64,000 bases of DNA from an uncultured delta proteobacterium (GTDB lineage: Bacteria; Myxococcota_A; Polyangia; Haliangiales; Haliangiaceae): NCBI GenBank assembly GCA_963774445.1, contig CAVZFC010000035.1, positions 5,470 to 69,469 of the forward strand. The letters are read 5' to 3'. Numbering within the stretch: the first letter of the stretch is position 1; each line of letters opens with the position of its first letter. The notes under the pieces are model-generated. The model was not told the DNA's origin, did not search any database, and saw only the letters and a list, made by a program, of their open reading frames with translations. Shown here in pieces: positions 61,241 through 64,000 of this stretch. A program made the position numbers and the translations under genes.

Positions 61241-61789
61241 GTGAGCCAGGCAGTAACGCAGACCCGACCCAACGTTCTCATCGCCTCCTGGGGAATCCTG
61301 GGGTTTGGCGCGCTACTGGTCCGGGCCATCTGGAAGCTGTGGCCGCTGGCCTACACCCCCATCCGCGACCACATGATGTCCACCGGGCAGATCGCCCTGT
61401 GGGTCGCTTGGGTGGCGTGGATGTGGTACTCGGAGGGCTACAAGACGTTCCAGAAGATCGTCTCGCCCCGGGTCGTGGCGCGCGGCATGTGGCTGGGGCG
61501 CAACCCCAAGCCGCTGCTGGTGGCGCTGGCGCCGTTCTTCTGCATGGGCCTGTTCCACGCGACGCGGCGGCGGATCATCACCGCCTGGATCGTGGTGCTG
61601 ATGATCGTCGGGCTGATCGTGTCGGTGCACTTCCTGCCCCAACCGTGGCGCGGCATCGTCAACGGCGGCGTCGTCGTCGGCCTGGGCTGGGGGCTCGGAA
61701 CCTTGCTGCTCTATTTCGGGCGCGCCCTGGCCGGCAGCGAGCCCGGTGTCGATCCCGAGCTACCGGCCAGCGTCGCGTCGGCGACATGA
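61241..61789 (+). CDS. hypothetical integral membrane protein
   Basis: About 5 TM helices, with GC3-rich codon usage supporting the frame. Confidence 0.5.
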   Translation: MSQAVTQTRPNVLIASWGILGFGALLVRAIWKLWPLAYTPIRDHMMSTGQIALWVAWVAWMWYSEGYKTFQKIVSPRVVARGMWLGRNPKPLLVALAPFFCMGLFHATRRRIITAWIVVLMIVGLIVSVHFLPQPWRGIVNGGVVVGLGWGLGTLLLYFGRALAGSEPGVDPELPASVASAT

Positions 61790-62736
61790 CGTCCGCCGCC
61801 AGCGAGATGCTGGTCAACCGGGTGCGCAAGCGCGTGCGCCACCTGCGCAAGTGGGCGCGCCGCGAGGGCGTGAGCTGCTACCGCATCTACGACCGCGACA
61901 TCCCCGAGATCCCGCTGACCATCGACTGGTACGATGGCGCGCTCTACGTCGCCGAGCTGTCGCGCGAGGACGAGGAGGTCGACGCCGTGGGCCTGGCGCG
62001 GGCGGTCGCCGTCGCGCTCGAGGTCGCGCCCGGTGACATCCACGTCAAGCAACGCCGCCGGCAGAAGGGGACCGCGCAGTACGAGCGGCTGGCCGAGCGC
62101 GGCGCCGGCGCCGTGGTCGAAGAGGCCGGTCACCGCTTTCGCGTCAACCTGAGCGACTACCTCGACACCGGGCTGTTCCTCGATCACCGCCAGACCCGCG
62201 CCATGGTCGCCGCCGAGGCAGCCGGCAGCCGCTTCCTCAACCTGTTCTGCTACACCGCATCGTTCACCGTCTACGCCGCGGCCGCCGGCGCGCGCTCGTC
62301 GGTGTCGGTCAACCTTTCGAATACGTATCTGTCGTGGGCGGGCGAAAACTTCGAGCTCAACCAGATCGACGAGCGGCGCCATCGCCTGCTCCGCGCCGAC
62401 GCGCTCGAGCTGCTCGCCTCGCCGCCGGCCGACCTCGGCCGCTTCGACCTGGCGGTGCTCGACCCGCCGACCTTCTCCAACAGCAAGGCGATGCGCGAGA
62501 TCCTCGACGTGCAGCGCGATCACGACCGGCTGATCGGCGACACCCTGGCGCTGCTCGATGCCGGCGGCGTGCTCTATTTTTCGACCAACCGGCGGCGCTT
62601 TCGCTTCGACGCCGAGCTGCCACCCGGCGCCACCGTCGAGGAGATCACGCAGCAGACGACGCCGCCGGATTTTCGCGCCCGGCCGCACCGCGCCTGGCGG
62701 ATCAAGCTTCCAGGCGAGCGCGTAGCTGGCGCATGA
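61786..62736 (+). CDS. class I SAM-dependent rRNA methyltransferase, RlmK/RlmL C-terminal-domain-like (m7G2069-type)
   Basis: FLNLFCYTASFTV..A.GA....VSV..S..YL.WA..N, and LDPPTFSNSKAM matching the E. coli RlmKL IDPPTFSNSKRM motif. The start overlaps the upstream stop (ATGA). Confidence 0.7.
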   Translation: MTSAASEMLVNRVRKRVRHLRKWARREGVSCYRIYDRDIPEIPLTIDWYDGALYVAELSREDEEVDAVGLARAVAVALEVAPGDIHVKQRRRQKGTAQYERLAERGAGAVVEEAGHRFRVNLSDYLDTGLFLDHRQTRAMVAAEAAGSRFLNLFCYTASFTVYAAAAGARSSVSVNLSNTYLSWAGENFELNQIDERRHRLLRADALELLASPPADLGRFDLAVLDPPTFSNSKAMREILDVQRDHDRLIGDTLALLDAGGVLYFSTNRRRFRFDAELPPGATVEEITQQTTPPDFRARPHRAWRIKLPGERVAGA

Positions 62737-63316
62737 TCGACGGTGCCGCGGCGCTGACCTGGCCGGCGAGCAGGGGCAGCGCGCGCGCCAGGGCGCGCTC
62801 GTCGGCGGGCGCACACGCCAGCAGCGGCCGCGGCGACAGGATGCGCGCGACGACTTCGCCGACCAGGGCCGGATCGCGGTAGCCGTGGGGCACGCCGCGG
62901 TCGACCAGCCGGCCGTGCAGCGTCTCCCACCCGGCCAGCTCGACCGTGGCATGGCGGGGGGCGCCCTCTGCCAGCGCTTCGAGATAGATGTCGGCGACCT
63001 CCCGGTCGCGCACCAGCTCGCCGTCGAGGAACAGCTCGATCGCCACGTGCGCCCCCCCGCGCGCCGGGCCGCGCGCCGCGCCGGCCGCGCCGAGCAGCCG
63101 CTCGCCCTCGCGGTAGAGGTCGAGGAACGCGCGCAGGCGGTGGAAGGCGGCGTCGGCGTGGTGGTGGTGGCGCACACCATCGGCGACATCGGGATCGCGC
63201 GGCTCGCTCAGCCTGGCTTGACACATCGTCGCGAAGTCGGGAAGCATGGCTCCCAGCCCGAAACGCGGCGACGCGGACTGCCAGCGGGCGATTGCTGCGT
63301 GACCGACGAAGTTCAC
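62702..63316 (-). CDS. acyl carrier protein phosphodiesterase (AcpH)-like protein
   Basis: GTG start gives MNFVGHAAIA, matching the E. coli AcpH N-terminus MNFLAHLHLA, and GAMLPDF matches GNLLADF. The longer ORF to 63337 is the alternative. Confidence 0.6.
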   Translation of the reverse strand: MNFVGHAAIARWQSASPRFGLGAMLPDFATMCQARLSEPRDPDVADGVRHHHHADAAFHRLRAFLDLYREGERLLGAAGAARGPARGGAHVAIELFLDGELVRDREVADIYLEALAEGAPRHATVELAGWETLHGRLVDRGVPHGYRDPALVGEVVARILSPRPLLACAPADERALARALPLLAGQVSAAAPSIMRQLRARLEA

Positions 63317-63338
63317 CTCACCGAGGCTAGAAGGCACA

Positions 63339-63881
63339 GTGCCCGCTGACCAGTGGATTTTTGGCTACGGCTCGCTGGTCTGGCGGCCGGCGTTCCCCTA
63401 TCTCGAGCGCGCGCCCGGGTTCGTGGTCGGCTGGGCGCGGCGTTTCTGGCAGGCGTCGCCGGACCACCGGGGCACCCCCGAGGCTCCCGGGCGGGTGGTC
63501 ACCCTGCTCGAGGCACCGGACGCGGTCTGCTGGGGCATGGGCTACCGCGTCGCCGAGCGCGACCTCGACGAGATCCTCGACGCCCTCGACTATCGCGAGA
63601 AGGCCGGCTACCGGCGGGAGACGGCCGCGCTCTACTTCCGCGACCGTCACGACCCGGTGGATAGCGCGCTGCTGTACATCGCCGGCCGGGGCAACCCGAA
63701 CTTCGTCGGCGAGCGTCCGCTGGCCGAGATCGCCGGGGTCGTCACGCGGGCGCACGGGCCGAGCGGATCCAACCGCGAGTACCTCACCGCGCTGCACGTG
63801 GCGCTGGTCGAGATGGGTGGGCGCGACGATCACGTGGCCGCGCTCGCGGCGCTGGTCGAAGCGCAGGGCGGGGCAGAGTAG
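63339..63881 (+). CDS. chaC: gamma-glutamylcyclotransferase, ChaC family
   Basis: Motifs WIFGYGSLVW and YREKAGY (YxxxxGY), plus the ChaC fold pattern. Confidence 0.8.
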   Translation: MPADQWIFGYGSLVWRPAFPYLERAPGFVVGWARRFWQASPDHRGTPEAPGRVVTLLEAPDAVCWGMGYRVAERDLDEILDALDYREKAGYRRETAALYFRDRHDPVDSALLYIAGRGNPNFVGERPLAEIAGVVTRAHGPSGSNREYLTALHVALVEMGGRDDHVAALAALVEAQGGAE

Positions 63882-63887
63882 GGGCCG

Positions 63888-64000
63888 GTCATCGCCGTCG
63901 TCGGCATCGATATCGGCACCCAGTCGCTCAAGGCGGTGGTCTGCTCGGACGGGCTGGCGGTGCTGGGCGAGGCGGCGTGCGGCTACCCGGTGGCCTACCC
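63888..64000 (+). CDS. FGGY-family carbohydrate kinase, N-terminal fragment (runs off the window)
   Basis: VIAVVGIDIGTQSLKAVV matches the FGGY N-terminal GIDxGT motif. No canonical start codon lies between the ChaC stop and this motif, so the start is unresolved. Confidence 0.4.

Overview
This is a 64 kb segment of a very high-GC (about 70%) chromosome with dense coding on both strands, typical of Myxococcota. I infer about 50 protein-coding genes, but this composition makes the six-frame ORF track unreliable: many listed ORFs are alternate-frame artefacts.

Confidently recognised genes include three eukaryotic-like Ser/Thr kinases (one with a AAA+/TPR tail, one apparently frameshifted), lnt, NADP-malic enzyme (maeB), Tex, uridine kinase (udk), rsmE and 3-hydroxybutyryl-CoA dehydrogenase. 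There are also aldehyde dehydrogenase, ornithine cyclodeaminase, SDR, Fe-ADH, a BASS transporter, a sulfatase coupled to a PHP-domain gene, a glcD/glcE/glcF-like glycolate-oxidase cluster, a gamma-class N6-adenine DNA methyltransferase, an HTH+WYL regulator, a radical-SAM protein, an AidB-like acyl-CoA dehydrogenase and two tandem DUF4139 genes. I found no rRNA, tRNA, CRISPR array, integrase or transposase.

The main things worth a second look:
- A roughly 190 bp AT-richer element at 39919-40105 between two convergent genes. It has 33-bp terminal inverted repeats, a nested internal palindrome and a 21-bp tandem duplication. Its arms encode the identical last four codons (G-D-A-R-stop) of both flanking genes.
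- An adjacent glycerol-1-phosphate dehydrogenase (AraM/EgsA family) and PcrB/GGGPS-family prenyl-glyceryl-phosphate synthase pair. This is an archaeal/Bacillus-type ether-lipid backbone module in a myxobacterium-like context. The first gene has no in-frame stop before the second begins.
- Several independent 1-bp frameshifts in otherwise conserved genes (glcD-like, glcE-like, a Ser/Thr kinase, probably the G1PDH 3' end). These are either real pseudogenes or sequencing errors.
- An orphan M.TaqI/Eco57I-like N6-adenine methyltransferase with no restriction partner.
- A WYL regulator, uridine kinase and radical-SAM cluster.
- A Ser/Thr kinase, TPR and RCC1-repeat operon.
- A palindrome plus half-site array and an intrinsic-terminator-like hairpin in two leader regions.
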